Assembly (NCBI RefSeq): GCF_009914755.1
Contig: NC_060925.1
Direction: 5' to 3' (one strand)
Length of the DNA stretch: 64,000 bases
From: the human T2T-CHM13v2.0 reference genome, Homo sapiens
Shown: piece by piece, positions 43,995 to 59,830 of the stretch
Position numbering within the stretch: the first letter of the stretch is position 1
Layout: every line of letters begins with the position of its first letter
Made by a program: the position numbers and the translations under genes
The notes under the pieces: model-generated
The model's database searches: none
What the model saw: only the letters and a program-made list of their open reading frames with translations
What the model was told of the DNA's origin: nothing

Positions 43995-44395
43995 TATATC
44001 CACTCAGTGTTCTTGGGTACAATCAACAGAAACCAGCTCTGCTTACCTAAGGGTAAAATGAGTTTAAGGGAAAGACAGAAGGACAGAGGAACAGCCTGAT
44101 AAGGACACCACTGCTCGCACAGCCTCCACCGGTCACCAGCCATCACCAGGACTGGACTCCCAACTCTGCTGCTTCCATGAATGATCTCAAGCCACCTCTG
44201 TATGTTTGCACCACTCCCTCCAGATTCAAAGTCCTGACGAGGAGGAATCGAAGAGGTTGAACCTAGTTTGCCCTCAGTTATGTGTCTGCACCTCCTTCAG
44301 CTTCCACAGCAACAATGGGAGACCACTCTAGAAACAAAGGGGGTTCCAATGCTAGACAACCCCCCAAATGGCAAATGTCCATTTCAGTCTATGCA
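43995..44395 (-). mobile_element. Old MLT1-type LTR remnant
   Basis: cagtgttcttgggtacaatcaacagaaaccagctctgcttacctaagg; degenerate. Confidence 0.5.
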
Positions 44396-44412
44396 CCAAA
44401 GGTACTCAGCTA

Positions 44413-44775
<363 letters not shown>

Positions 44776-47124
44776 CCAGGAAATCTCAAGAAAAATCTTT
44801 CTCTACATGGCCCCCCTACACTTGGCCCCCTCAACCAAAAAACTGTAACCAGTTTTTATGTTCAGCTTTGAAACTGCCCTGCCAACAAAGACTCCAATCT
44901 TAAACTGCTGGCAGAGCTCTCAGCGAACCCTATCCATATAATGAGTAATGCACTTAGTCTTCACCAAGGCGGCAGCAGCATCAGGGCAGAGCAGGATCGG
45001 CAGGTCACCACAGCGCCTCTGGAGCCACTGTGCCACCTCTCACTCCTCCCCAGTCTGCCCCAGTTTCCCCTAGCATTCAGCCAAGAATCCAGCTAGGGTT
45101 ACACATCATTGTCTGATATCCTAGGAACCTATGCTGACAGCCATGCTTAAAACAGCTTTGCAGTCTTTTTTGACCATGATCCACCGTAAAAAATATATTT
45201 TGTAGTACACATGTGTGTATATGACATACAAGTTTCACAAAAAGATATTGATCCTTACTATGTGCCATTCCCTCTACCTTCTATTCTACATTTTCTTATA
45301 TTTAATACATTTTTAAATGCTAAACAAGACCCACAAAACAGATTTCACAGCCCAGTAAAGATTAACAGACTACAGTTTGAAAAACACTGTTTTAAAGGAC
45401 CCAACAAGGTTACTACTAATCAAATTTACCTTATTTTTGTTTTTATTTCAGCAAATATAAGAAAGTGAATATAAAACAGTGAGACATTCCCCAGCTGAAT
45501 ATGAAACAGTGAGACATATTTCACCTCAAACTTCTTTGGTTACCACAAGATTACTTCTCTTTTCTCACAATGTATAGCCTATGATGTTTCAATACAAACA
45601 GCTGGACTGAGACCCATACAACGCATATGCACAGTCTTCATTTCACAATAAGCTTCTCCTCCCAGAAAGCTCTTCAGTTGGTTACCTCCTACAGCCATAT
45701 AATGGTACCACAAAGATCTAGAATATGTAGAAACTATACCCACAAAGCATGGAAGGTCTATTTTTAAAATTCTGCCAAACCACTCTTCTTACACATGACT
45801 TATTTTCTCACAGTCCCAGGTGTCTAACTTCATGATCACATCTAGGGATGCTTCGTACAACCAAAAGAATTCAAAATCCATTCTGTGTACCTTGCAACTG
45901 TGCAAAATTTTCAGTGTATTTCATGGAAACAACGGTTATCGTAAATGAAGAGTTCAGTGCATGCCTGTCAATGGGGAACTACTCGGGAACGGGGAAGCTA
46001 TCCAAGTCTTGGAGATTTAGATGGTAGATGGGTATCCTGAAATAGGTTAGGAATCTTTAATTATATTTCCCTATCAATGAATTGAAAACGGTGATCAGAT
46101 GCAGTTATTCTTTCTCAAGATAAATGCTCCTTTTCCCACTCTGCACATAGGAAGGCAGTCTCAATGACACTTTTTTGCATCCTTGAAGCACAGTCCAGAG
46201 CATGCTTACATTCACAATTCTTTTACGAATAGCCCTTGTCTAACAGACAACACTTGAATTTAGCCAAACTGGCATCCATTTCAAAGTATCAAACTATTTA
46301 GTGGCAATGCCTGGTCATTCCACTTAATTTTTCTGTTGGTTTCTTTGCAGGGGATGGGATACACTACAGACTCCAGCCACGGAGCTTCTTTTGTCTTTCC
46401 TTCCCAGGAATAAAAGCATAGAAAAAGAAGACTGAAGGATAATTTGCAAGACTACTTAGCAATTAGTGGAGGCAAATATTATGGTAGGATGTAAATAACT
46501 AATTGGGCTAAATATAACTAGGAGAAATAACTCACTTGTTCCAGGACATCATTAATTAAGTAAAATCAACAAAAACGCATTGTGTAAAGCCTGCGATGCA
46601 CAGCTCAGTAAGAAGAAAAGAAAACAACAAAAGATATATCACCAAAGAAGAATTAGCAACCCAAGCACATAGCAAGGTAATAATACATGACTGATTGCCA
46701 AACACAGGACACACCCGACCAAGCGAAAAGAGCACGTCTGGAGAAGGTCTAAGAGTGGGGCTGGTGTAGTGAGTTTGATCGGATCCAGAGGACGGCAGGG
46801 AAAACCAGCATGGTGGGGTTGAATGTTCAGGCTCAGGAAAACCTCAGCCCTGCCACTTAGTAGCTGGCTTTGAATAATTTTTAACTTTCTATGACTGTTT
46901 TCTCATTTGCAAATAAGGATAATCATAATTATTTTACAGGCTTATTTTAAACTCTTGGAAAAATATATACATAAACACAGTAGGAAAACTGGCTCACAGC
47001 AGGCATGCAATACTACTACTATCACTACGAAGAAGGTGGGATACAAACAGGATGAAAACAGGAGCTGAGTGAGGACAACATTCCAAATAAGGGAAACATG
47101 AAGAAATAGCAAAAGAAGGAAAGT

Positions 47125-47423
47125 GGGGTTGGGCACGATGGCTCACGCCTGCAATCTCAGCCCTTTGGAAGGCCGAGGCGGGTGGATCACTTGAGGTCAG
47201 GACTTTGAGACCAGCCTGGCCAACATGGTGAAACCCTGTCCCTACTAAAAATACAAAAATTAGCCAGGTGTGGTGGTGAGCACCTGTAGTCCCAGCTACT
47301 TGGGAGGCTGAGGCAGGAGAATCGCTTAAACCAGAAGGTGGAGGTTGCAGTGAGCTGTGCCACTGCACTCCAGCCTGGGCAACAGAGCAAGACTGCATCC
47401 CAAAAGAAAAAGAGAAAAAAAAA
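47125..47423 (+). mobile_element. AluS
   Basis: Full dimeric Alu whose tail grades into a G/A-rich tract. Confidence 0.93.
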
Positions 47424-47499
47424 GAAGAGGAGCAGGAGGACGAGGGAGGAGGAGGGGGGGAGGGGGAGGGGGGGAGGAGGGGGGGGAAGGGGAGGGGGA

Positions 47500-47530
<31 letters not shown>

Positions 47531-47560
47531 GAGGAGGAGGAGGAGGAGGAAAGCCGGAGG
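47402..47560 (+). repeat. Polypurine tract: G4-G8 runs then (GGA)15
   Basis: Almost pure A/G for ~150 nt; (GGA)15 at 47506-47550. Confidence 0.96.
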
Positions 47561-49494
47561 GTAAGGCACTTGACTGAAGACTAAACAGGTTTGTGTAGAA
47601 CCAAAAAAGATGAGGTAAGGAGGAAAACTGGGCCCAGGCTACAAATGCCCCCTAAGGAGTCTGGATTTTCTTCTGAGGGGATACTACCCAAGGAGAATGC
47701 AAATCCCCAGATTCATGTGAATTCCTCAGAAAGTGGAAAGTCCCCAGTATGTGAAGGTGTGCTACGTGGGGTGGGGGTTCTCACACATAGGAAATGATGG
47801 GAAAGGCATGGGCATAGGACACCTGAAATTCAACTGTGTAAAAATAATGTCCTTCTTTTTAAAGATTCTTAATGAATCTGCTACTCTTTGATGGATATAT
47901 AGGCACTGTACATTGAGAAAGGACAATAAAATTTAACTGAGCAAACAGTTCAAATACTGCTATGGGTAAGAGCTAATTTGAATATTCATTTGAGGGATCC
48001 ATACCTTTGCCCCACCTCGCTATACACACATACAAAAAGGAAACTTCTTTAAAAAATAAAATAAAATGAGAAGCTAGAGGTTTTCTTGTGTAAATCATGA
48101 TGTTAATGAGTCAGAAAGAACTTTCCCAAAGCTTGTCTTCCTGGTTGTCGCGTCTGGCTGGGACATCCACTAATAGCACTGGGAGAGTCAACATTCTGCT
48201 GCTGGTGACTCATCCTCCTCTGCTAGCACAGTCGGAGGGACCAGCAAGTTCACGGGGCTGCCCTTGGGAGTCACTCTGAATTATTTTTGTAACATCTTGT
48301 CCTTGGATAAAAGGGAATACAGAGTCAGAAACCAGAGGCCAGGAGGCCATCTATTACTCAGCAGAGTTGTTTACACAGCCCTGTTCCTCTATTATCCAGA
48401 ATTCAGTGTTCTGGATAACTGATAAAATTAAGGCACCTATGTTTCCAGGGAGCTGAATACAGCAAATGCACAAAAGTCATGTTGGATGAAATTCTACCTT
48501 CCCTTGATGATTCAGAAGACCATATCAGACCTTCTCAGGCATGACTGCAGATGACAAAGAGATTATTAGAACCTGATTTTGACCCATTTCCATCTCACAA
48601 GCCTGTGAAATGTGGACTCAAGGGTGTGGGAGAACTTCAGTTAGCAAAATTTGCATAAATAGTTTCCTTCTACTGTCATCCAGTTAAACAGTCTCCAGGA
48701 GCTTGCATGAATGCTTTATCAGGTCACCAAGCTCTCTGATGTATGTCCAGCCAGGTGCTCCCTGAACATTTCTGGGCCTGGCCAAAACTGTGCTTGTTCA
48801 GTGCATTTCAGCTGTATATATAGCTAATAATTAGCAGCAGAAATGTGGCACAAACCCAAATCTCATGGATCCCACATTGCACCAAAATAAATATTAATGA
48901 AGGCACCTCTGCCTTTTTAGTCTTTCTCCAAATGAATTTTTAAAAAAGCAAAGTTGGCTTAACTGCTCATGACCATTGACTAATATAAAAATCAATAAAA
49001 AATCAATAATTATATACTTTTTACAATTTACAAAGCACTTTCAATACTTGATCTCAATCCTCACAATAATTTCAAGTATCATTCCTCTTATTCTACTCAT
49101 AAGCAAACTAAAGCTTAGAAACACTAAGTGACTTGTGAAAGATCACATGTATTTATTACCTAGGACTCAAATCTAAGTCATTAGACAGCAAAGGAAATGG
49201 AAACAACTAATGGAAAAAGGACCTATAATCATGGTGAAAAGGTGAAATTTCAGTAAATTAAAATTGTTTATCTATCTAGTCAGTAAAGTTGGTGTTATAC
49301 TTCTTTTTAAATGTAAATATAAGCCTGGATTAGGTAGAAGTATAAATTACTGTCACCTATAAACTATGGGTGACAACTCTAAAAATCATTTAGACTCATC
49401 ATAAATGCACACATTCAACATTATAGAAAGATATCACTGAAAAGCCAAAGTTCCCCTCCCTCCTCCCAGAGATAGTCACTATTCAGTTTTTGGT

Positions 49495-49718
49495 AAGGCT
49501 GAGCAACCCAAATCAAAAAATCTGAAGTCTGAAATGCTCCAAAATATGACTTTTTGACTACCACATTTCTTGAAGGAAATGCTCATTGGAGGATTTTGAA
49601 TTTTCAGATTTGGGATGCTCAATGGGTAAGCATAGTGCTAATATTATAAAATCCCAAAAATCTGAAATCTGAAAATTGTCTGGTCTCAAGCATTTCAGAT
49701 AGGGGATACTCATCTGTA
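49495..49718 (+). mobile_element. Tigger4a/MER46-like element
   Basis: aggctgagca...aaaatctgaa.tctgaaatgctccaaaat ... agcatttcagataggggatactca.ctgta. Confidence 0.82.
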
Positions 49719-51629
49719 CAACTCTCCCTGAGAACAATTTAGCTCCACTTTCAATTTGGACTTGAAGATTCTCCTATGTTTTGACACAAGAATCTTACAA
49801 TATGGTAATGAAAAAATCAAATTGAAAAACAGCATGTATAGGATGATCCTAGCTATGATGCATAGACGCACACATGTAATCCTAAAGAAACGGTGACAAA
49901 ATGGATGGGGAGGACATTACAAGAATAATTACCTGTGAGTATTCCAAGGTGTTTGTGATAGTAGTTACTTCATTTTGCACACTTTTAGAGATTTTCTAAG
50001 TGTTCTGCATCAAATATGTGTTACTACACTAATGAGGGGAGAAAAGTCATTCCCCCTGGGTTATACAGGAAATTAGGGCTGGGAGTAGGAATTCAGGAGA
50101 GCCAATTCACCTCTCTACCTGCTGCAATGGCTCAAGATTGACTAGCAATTCAAAGCAATTAAGAGATGTGACAAGGCAAAACGTAATTATTTGTCATTGA
50201 CTGATAGAGATATTAAGTGCTATGACTTCAGAGGACAAAGAGATCATTCTAGCATGGAATTATTCCAAAGGATTCATAAGTCAGAGATCTAAGAAGGTAA
50301 AGGGAACAGATGAGCTCCATTCTAGGTGAAGATAAAGGTGTAATCAAAGGTAACAGACATTAAATCACCAAGCGAGTTCTGGGGACAGTAAGCACAAGAC
50401 TTAAGCATTTCATGAAGAGAAGAAAACAAGACTTAGAAGGCAGGCTGGGGTCAGACTGACATGAAGTGAGACAGCGAAGTGGACAGAGATCTTGGAGTCC
50501 TAGGAACTGCGACCATATCCACTTGGGGAGCAAGCCCTAATCGTTCTAACTCTGTTGTCTCTGTTCTAACTCTGTTGTCTCTACCCACTTATCTCCCAAA
50601 TTACTGCAACAATCTCCTGAAAGTTTCTGCCTTCATTCTCGTCCGCTTCTATTCCAAGTCTCTACAATGCAGCCAGTCTTATTTCTAGACTGCTAATCTG
50701 GAAGTATCATGCTCTAAAACTCTTTTATTTCTTACTCTCTTAGGTGACATGGCTTACAAGGCTACTTGTAATCAACTTCTCATGGCTCATCCCCATTTGT
50801 GCCCTGAACTCCAAACGTACTGAGTTACCTGCAGTTCCTGTAATCCAGCATGACTTTGTCCTCCAAGCCTTTGCTGTCCCCACTCATCCTTCAGTTCCTA
50901 GCTCAGGAATCATCTCCATCAAGGTTTCCCTGACTTCTCCCATTTCCCAAGTGAGGCGTTCAGAGAGTCCTGTGCTTACCTTTGGAGTAGCACTTACATC
51001 CTGCTCCCTAACTGTCTGTAGAATCATCTGTCTTCGCTGTCTTTGAGCACCCTGAGGGCAGGGACTGCAGCTGTTATCTGGGTACATACAACACCAAATA
51101 ACAATGCCTAAGGCATGCCAGATATTCAATAAATGTCTGTGTAAGAAGCAAATGTTTAAACATTTCCTTCCCCAGCATGCCTTCTCTGACTATCCCCACC
51201 TCCTTCCAGAAGTACTCACCTAATCCATGCAGACACCATAGACCAAGTGCATTTATAAAACTGTTTTATAATATTAAATGTGTAGTTTATATGCCTAACA
51301 GAATTGCGAGGAATTATTTAACTTCTTATTTTCTATTCTCTCCCATCATGGTACCCACGAAGAAGCCCACATGCTTACTCTTCTTTCTAATGGAACACCA
51401 TGCCCTGAGATTTCCCAGTGTGCTGAGAGTTGCGTAGGCCTGGAAAGATAAAGAAAGTCTAATACAGTATGTCAAGTAAGGTCAGCCAGCAGGTGAAAAA
51501 ACTCAAAAAACCAACCAGATGTTGGTTTCTGTTACAGAAGAATCACTGACAAACTGTGAACCAAAACTTAGACACAGTTTTAAAAGTATTCTCTTACTTA
51601 TAATTATAATGCCCTATAATGACATTTAA

Positions 51630-51950
51630 ATTTTTAACTTATTTTTTAGGTGCACAATTCAGTGGTTCTTAGTGTAATCTCAAAAGAGTGCAACCATCAT
51701 CACTATCTACTTCCAGAACATTTCACCACCCCAAAAAGAAACCCCATGTCACTCTCCATTCTCCCCTATCGCATCCCCTAGCAACCACTGGTCTATTAGC
51801 CTAGTCTAGACATTTCATAGAAATTGAATCATATAATGTGTGTGTCTGGCTTCTTTCACCTACACAATGTCCTCAGGGGATCCATGCTGTAGCATGCACC
51901 AGTGCTTCATTCTTTTTGTGACCAAATAATACTCTATTGTATAGGGCATT
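51630..51950 (-). mobile_element. L1M (L1MB-like) 3'-end fragment
   Basis: gtgcaaccatcatcactatctacttccagaacatttc...accccaaaaagaaacccc...catttcatagaaattgaatcata. Confidence 0.8.
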
Positions 51951-52510
51951 TACGTTTTTTTAAATATTATTTTAGAGAAATAAAATAGGGATGATGATAC
52001 TCCTTAATCTTAAAAATCACCATAAGAAGCCAAAATAATATTATCAGGGGTGTATTCTTTATCACAGTTTTCTAATTTAATCATTGTGAGGTCAATGGAG
52101 TCTTCACTTCCTCAAATGAGGAAACTGAGGCTCAAAGACATTACATAATTTGCCAAATGTCATTGTAGCTAGTAAGCAACAAAACCAGAACTGATGTGTA
52201 TTTTACTCCCTTTAGTGCTCTTCTCAGCACGATACATTTCTAGAACTACTTCATGGTCCCAAACAGCCTCCTCAGCACTAAAGGGAGTGAAATCATCAGT
52301 CCTGTCATTTGTGCCATAGACGTTAAGACAGACAGCAGCATCTCTCTGTCAATCCGAGGATAAAGGATAGAGGGAAATGTTTCAACCCTTCACTCACCCA
52401 CTTGCTCTCTCAACAAAGAGTTGTTGAAAAACCCCTATGTACTATGCCCTGCACAAGGATCTGAGTATATAACATGAGCACTGGGGACATGGTGCCTTTA
52501 CTCATGAATT

Positions 52511-52513
<3 letters not shown>

Positions 52514-52580
<67 letters not shown>
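52514..52580. repeat. Compound (GA)n(GT)n microsatellite
   Basis: Direct reading. Confidence 0.97.
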
Positions 52581-52584
<4 letters not shown>

Positions 52585-52726
52585 GGCATGTTAAGATGGA
52601 AGAGACTTGAGAACATTTAAATAATAGGAAGAAGGGAGTTAAAGGATAAAGGTAAGGACAGGGAAAAGGATTAGCTACTAGCCAAGAGTCAGAAGAGGGG
52701 AGTGAATGGGCACCAGACCCCAATAC

Positions 52727-53349
<623 letters not shown>

Positions 53350-56022
53350 TCAGCTGTAAAGAAAGCAGCCCTCATGGCATGGGGACAGAGGGAGCAGAGC
53401 AGGGACACAATGAAGACTGGAAATGTGTAATTCTCTGAGCCTGTTCAAGGTGAGCTTCTAATACAAATGAGACAATGAAAGATACTAGTATTGGTGAGAG
53501 GACAGGAAGCCTAGTGGATAAGTGCACAAGGTTTAGAATCACATACCTGGGTCCTAATTCTGGCTTTTCAGTCAGGAGGTATGTCAACTTAGACATGTCT
53601 CTAAATCTCTGAGCCTTAGCTCTTTTATCTACTAAAATGGGAATAATACTAGCTCCAATCTCTTAGTGCTGATAGCATCATAAAGTCTTTGCCAGGGATA
53701 AAACGACTATGTGGCTGCTGCAGTGACTATTACTGAAAGACACTTCTTGTCATGAAAGTTATGTTAACATAACCCAGCTGTGTTGTAATCCACACATCTG
53801 ACACAGGGTCAGAAATAATGTCCAATCTATCTTTGTCCTATAGATTATCACAATCAAGCTCTAATTTGGGACCTCTCCATGGCACATTCCATGCTCTTAG
53901 GAAAGTTAATGACTTGACTACAAGTTCCTTGAGAGCAAAAACAAGATCATTCTCTCTGCAGCCTCAAGACATAGCTAGTTCAGTGCTCTGAATCTAACAG
54001 GTATATATTTGTTCAGTAACATTTACTGAGACACTACTATGTGTCAGGCACTGTATTAGACACTATGGTTCTAGTAAGGAACAAAAAAGACAAGGTTCTT
54101 TAATATAGAAACAGATATAATTTTTAAATATTGATTTAACGAATCAGAACCAGAAAATGTCACAGTCAGGAGTGACACAGTAATTGATTAATTCATTCAA
54201 CCTGCTCATACTACATATGGGAACACAAACCAACAGAAATGAAGTATCGCGTTCAATTTGAAGGTAAGAATTAAATTAGCATTCCCAAATTATGTTTTCT
54301 GGAATCTTGTACTTCTGTGCAATGATAGTAACTGTTCTATGTACATATCCTTCTAAAAAGAGAGAGAAGGAAAATGAGGGTCCATAGTGAAAAAATTGGA
54401 GAAACACTGGTTAAACATAGTTAAATAATATTTTTAACAGCAAGAGCTCTTAAGCCTTTCATAGTTAATAAATGCAGTGAGTCTCCAACTCCCAAAAAAA
54501 TCATCAGACCAAGGCACTTCTTTTTTAATGGAATATACATTTGGAAAAGTCCGGATCAGATGTTCTCTATGCTCTCTTTCATTTCTCAAATTCTATAGAT
54601 TTATCTGACAGCATCAATCTCAGAAGACTTTTCTTCTTGGGTAGATGACTTAATATACCAGATTCTCTAGAAAAGGCATTCATTCACATATATTCACATT
54701 CCCCACACACATATATACACACACACACACACCCTATAAAATTGGATAAACACAAGCATGGGATAAAATCTAAGATTTCAATATAATAAGATTAGACTAA
54801 AACAGTGTTCATAAAAGTAGGGGAGAATGAGCCATTTTTGCAATTTTACCTTCAAGCAGATATTCCAGAAGGTAATGCCCGGAAAAAGTTATATTTACCT
54901 ACTACTCAACAACCCAAACACCTGGGAAAAATCCTTGCAATTCTGATAAAACAGGTAGGCACAAAGAAAATAACCCAAAGAGGGAGAGAAAATATGGTCA
55001 CCTAGGGAACAGTGGAGGCCCCTTTCCTCAACTCCCTCCCAAATGATCCTCTGCCTTTATTTGCCTCGGCCTTCTTGTTTTTTCCCCTTCAACCCACTTG
55101 ATCTTCCTGTTCTCATCCCACATCTTTCTGCAAGTCTTCTCTAGGAGCTGGCTACAGGGTCTTCCCAGAACAGAGCCCACAGTTCAGGAAACCCTGCCTC
55201 ATCTCCAGTGCGAGGACGGTGACAGAGAAGGGGCAGAGCAGACTGAGATGAAACAAGTTCAAACAGCTTACGAAAACCTGGGAATCCAAGCAGATATCTG
55301 TCCACAAAAGCAGACAACGTCAACTGTATCCGATTCACATTTAGAATGCATACATGTTTTTATAAATGTACATAGCTCTACATATGTCAAATATCAGTGT
55401 TAAATTTTTTTAGTATGAGAATCCTGTTAAAGGTAATAGCTCATGGATCCTACTGCTATATATATTTCTGGACTAATAAAGAAAGAAATAATCGTATTGA
55501 AAGCAGATATTGTACAGTAGGCCCCCTGTAAAATTTCCCAAATACCCTCCCTGTCTTCACTCCCTTAAATCCCACATTTACACATCTACACATTGGGAAC
55601 CTCTGCCATATAACAAATTTGCACGCACCTCACCCAATCCCATAAAATAGACTTTCAGAAGAAAAATCAAGTGAAAAAGTGATTTATCCATGTAACCTCC
55701 CTTACTCCTATATTTAGTCATGCAATTAAGCACTAAGTTGTTTTTGATGTGTGTTTATGTGTACCTATCTCACATGATCCCTACAAACAACCTAAATGAG
55801 GAAAAGAGGTCAGGTTCCAGCATTCTCATTCTCAGAGGCCAGAGGGAGCTCCCCCACTTCTCAGTCTCCAAATGTCGGTGGCCCAAGGACTCAGGCCTCA
55901 ATCTTCACTTTTTCTCTATCTACTGAAGTGATCTCACCCTGTTGCATGGTTCAAATGCCACATGCATGCCAACAATGTCCAAATTTCTATCTCAGAACTC
56001 CGATCTCAAATATCCAACTACC

Positions 56023-56288
56023 TTGGGAGGCCAAGGTGAGTGGATCACTTGAGGTCAGGAGTTCAAGATCAGCCTGACCAACACAGTGAAACCCCATCTC
56101 TACTAAAAATACAAAATTAGCTGGGCGTGGTGGTGCATGCCTGTAATCCCAGTTACTTGGGAGGCTGAGGCAGCAGAATTGTTTGAACCTGGGAGGCGGG
56201 AGCTGCAGTAAGCCAAGACTACACCATTGCTCTCCAGCCTGGGCAACAAAAGCAAAACTCCATCTCAAAAAAGAAAAAAAAAAAAAAA
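56023..56288 (+). mobile_element. 5'-truncated AluS inserted in an L2, TSD-like ccaactacct
   Basis: Begins ttgggaggccaagg; flanks atatccaactacct / aatcccaactacct. Confidence 0.92.
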
Positions 56289-57469
56289 TCCCAACTACCT
56301 CTTCAGCATCTCTACTTGGAAGTTAACAGGCATCCAAACCATCATCTATATAAAAAGCAACCTGGAATTCCCACACCATCAACACACACCTCCTCCCTCC
56401 TCCCCAGCATTCACTCTCTCAGTAAATGCCAGTATTCACCATGTTGTAGAAGCAAAACCCCCCAGCAGTCAGTCTTGACACATCTTTCTCTCACATCCCA
56501 CATCTAAACCATCACCAATTCTATCAGCTTTAGCTTCAAAATATGTCCCATATCCCACGATTTCTCGCCACCTACACTGCTACTACGCCATTCTCAGTCA
56601 CTATCATTGTCTTAACATAAGCATCAAGAAGGCAGGGCTGTGACAGTTTTGTTGTATCTGCAGTGTATGACAGACAAAGCTCAATAAGTGGTGAGTGAAT
56701 ACATAAATATTGACACAGAGAGGTGATATGACTCATAGAGCAAGTAAATGGCAAAAGCCAGGTCTTGAACCCAGATCTTTAGAAATATAGGGAAGGACTG
56801 TTTCTGCTATTCCACACTACCTCTTAAAGCTTTAAAGGAAAAACGGAGGAGTGTATACTACTACCTTTCATGCCAGTGCATGTTTTTCTTTTTCCTTTTA
56901 CCACTATCTACCCACTAAATGCACATACTCAAAACTCCTTGTCCAGCAGACTTCTCTTAACAGTGAGGAGAAGCACAAAAAAAAAAAAAAAGAATATTTA
57001 TGGATCCAAAGTACAGTAAACTTTCCAGTAATGCCTTTATAACTGGGTTTGTTTTGGTAAAACTGTATTTGTAAAAAGAGAAAAGATGATAGGGAGGGGA
57101 ACAATTCAGATGCTTCCACAGCCTAATTCCAGTTCTGAAATGAAAATAACAGTACATGGGGTTGGAAGTGGAGGTGTTTCTAAGACATGGAGATGTATGC
57201 ATACGTTCTATCTAAATATACTTACATATTCCTCCTGGCATCCTTTAGGGAGGAATAGCTATTAGAAAATGAAAAGGCTGGGTTCTGAAAGGTTTTGATT
57301 CTGAAAGAGAGAATAACATTGTTCTAGCACAATAAACTTCTGGGCTTTTCTCAGACCTACAGCAAAGTAGAATTTAGAAAAAGTGCTGGACCCGTTAAAG
57401 GCTCTGCCATAATAAATCCTTTCACCTCCCTGAGCCCAGGTTCAATAAGACATACAAATAAGATATGTT

Positions 57470-57673
57470 TGGACACACAGTGGGGAACATCACACACTGG
57501 GGCCAATTGGAGGGTGAAGGGTGGGAGGAGGGAGAGGATCAGGAAAAATAACTAATGGGTGCTAGGCTTAATACCTGGGTGATGAAATAATATGTACAAC
57601 AAACATGCATGGCACAAGTTTACCTATATAACAAACCTGCACATGTACCCCTGAACTTAAAGTTAAAAAAAAC
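57470..57673 (+). mobile_element. L1 3'-end fragment (older L1PA/L1PB) with poly(A) and TSD
   Basis: ggaacatcacacactgggg...aacaaacctgcacatgtacccctgaacttaaag + A tail; TSD-like aaataagatatgtt / aaacaagatgtgtt. Confidence 0.9.
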
Positions 57674-59509
57674 AAGATGTGTTATGAGTGTACCCTCAGC
57701 CCTGACATGCCAGGATCTCCCTAATTTTATAGGTGGAGCCCCTGAAAGGACACAGAAGTTACCTCCAAGTGTAATAAAACACATACTACTGAAACGCACA
57801 TGTCTCTTTACTATCAAGTAATATGGACTACTAAAAAGCAAAGTAGACCCAGCTCACACCAAAACTGTATTCATTGATTGAAATACAATTATGACTCTTA
57901 ACTCTGTTATTCTCACTAGCCTAAACACTTTTAAATCATATTTTTCGAATATGGAACTTGAGACATGCTCACAAGTGTATAGAGCATTGTACCATCTGTC
58001 CAAAAATGAAACTGGTAAAGAAAAAAAAGTGACAAAGTAGACTACTGACCTCCTTAACAGACAGAACATTTCAGACACTTTAGGAATGCCCATTTATCTC
58101 TAAATAGTATTGGTAATATAAAGAGAAGTCAAGTCAGTACTGCTCAGGTTAGAACTTTAATGCACTAATCACAAGTAATTCTTATCAAATTCTTAAACAT
58201 TAAACCTCTATTAAGCCATATATAAGGCTTATAAGGCTAGTTTTTCTGGTACTTACTCTCACGGCAGTGACCCTCTCAAAATGATGCATCTATTCAGCTC
58301 TATCCTTATTCATCTCAACATGATATGGGGCTCTCTACTGAGCCACCATTTCCACTTGTGCCATTCCTTTTTACATATTCTACTGTGCAGCTTTCAATAT
58401 GTTCAGGCAAGTCTTCCTTCTCATTTGTTCCAATTAGTAAAAGTTTTACTACGTAGATTGAAAAATATATATATTAATTATGTTTTACTTAAATTAGTGC
58501 TTTTGGGAGAAGGTCCCAAAAACCCCAGAGCAGAAGCAGATGGTTAAGTCTTCTATCTTGCCTAGTCTTCAGGTTTTTATTCCTTTTACTAGTAAAACAG
58601 TATTTGAATAATCTTAATCAGATATTCAAATTGCTGTATTTCAAGCTTGTTAAAATGGAAGCATATGCCCACAATTTTTAGAATATACTGTGTGTATGTT
58701 CATGGCAAACATACACACACACACACACCCCTTGTTAAAATAAAGATTCAGTGTACACTGTATTTATGAATATAACCTCTATGCATAGGAGAAACTGTAT
58801 AATTAGAGGCAGTCTTTCTCCAGCCCAGAAAGCAAGCGAGTACTAAATTCCCAGGCCAGGTCCCAGGTCTCAGAAAGCTCTATCATCAAAAAGCCCAGAC
58901 CCAAGAAAACACTACTGGCAATATAACAGACACAGATAAGTGGTTGCTGAGTGAAAGAATGAATGAATGAATGAACGAACGAACGAGCTAATTACAAAAA
59001 GACAGAAGAACTGAGATTCTACTGCTACTGCTATCTAGCATTATGCTAGCTATCCGCCACATTTTTATTTCTCCTTCCTACCAAACTATCTGGATGCAAC
59101 GTAAGGCATTCCAATCAGATGTGATGTTTTCTTTTGTCTCCAAATTACTGCTTGGTACTTAATGGTGTATCTCTTTTCCTAGTTTTCGGGAAGCTTGTTA
59201 GCAGCAGTTGCTGCTCACAAGAGCTGCTGACAGGGAAGCTGGCACGTGCACCCCATCTGGGCCGTGGTGAAAGAGGGGCTCAGAGGCAAGCACAGCTGAA
59301 AGCAGGTGGGGGCGAAATAGCGTTTAGTAGAGGGGAGCAGATGATGTGGAAAGGAAACTAGCTTGTGATCAAAGGTTTTAGGATGGAGGGGAGAAGAGGA
59401 CAAGACAAGGAAAAAAGGATAGCTGGGAAAAATGACAAAGAAACAGAAAGAGATGGAGGGAGAGACAGTGTCACAAGAATTATTCAGAGAAAAGAAAACA
59501 GATCTTCTA

Positions 59510-59830
<321 letters not shown>

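Noticed and set aside
46994-47584. Poly-Leu/Pro, poly-Gly and poly-Glu ORFs
   Set aside because: Translations of an Alu plus the (GGA)n/G-run tract.
45466-50581. Small two-copy tandem duplications (30-bp period at ~45466-45517; 20-bp period at ~50542-50581)
   Set aside because: Ordinary slippage duplications with no associated signal.
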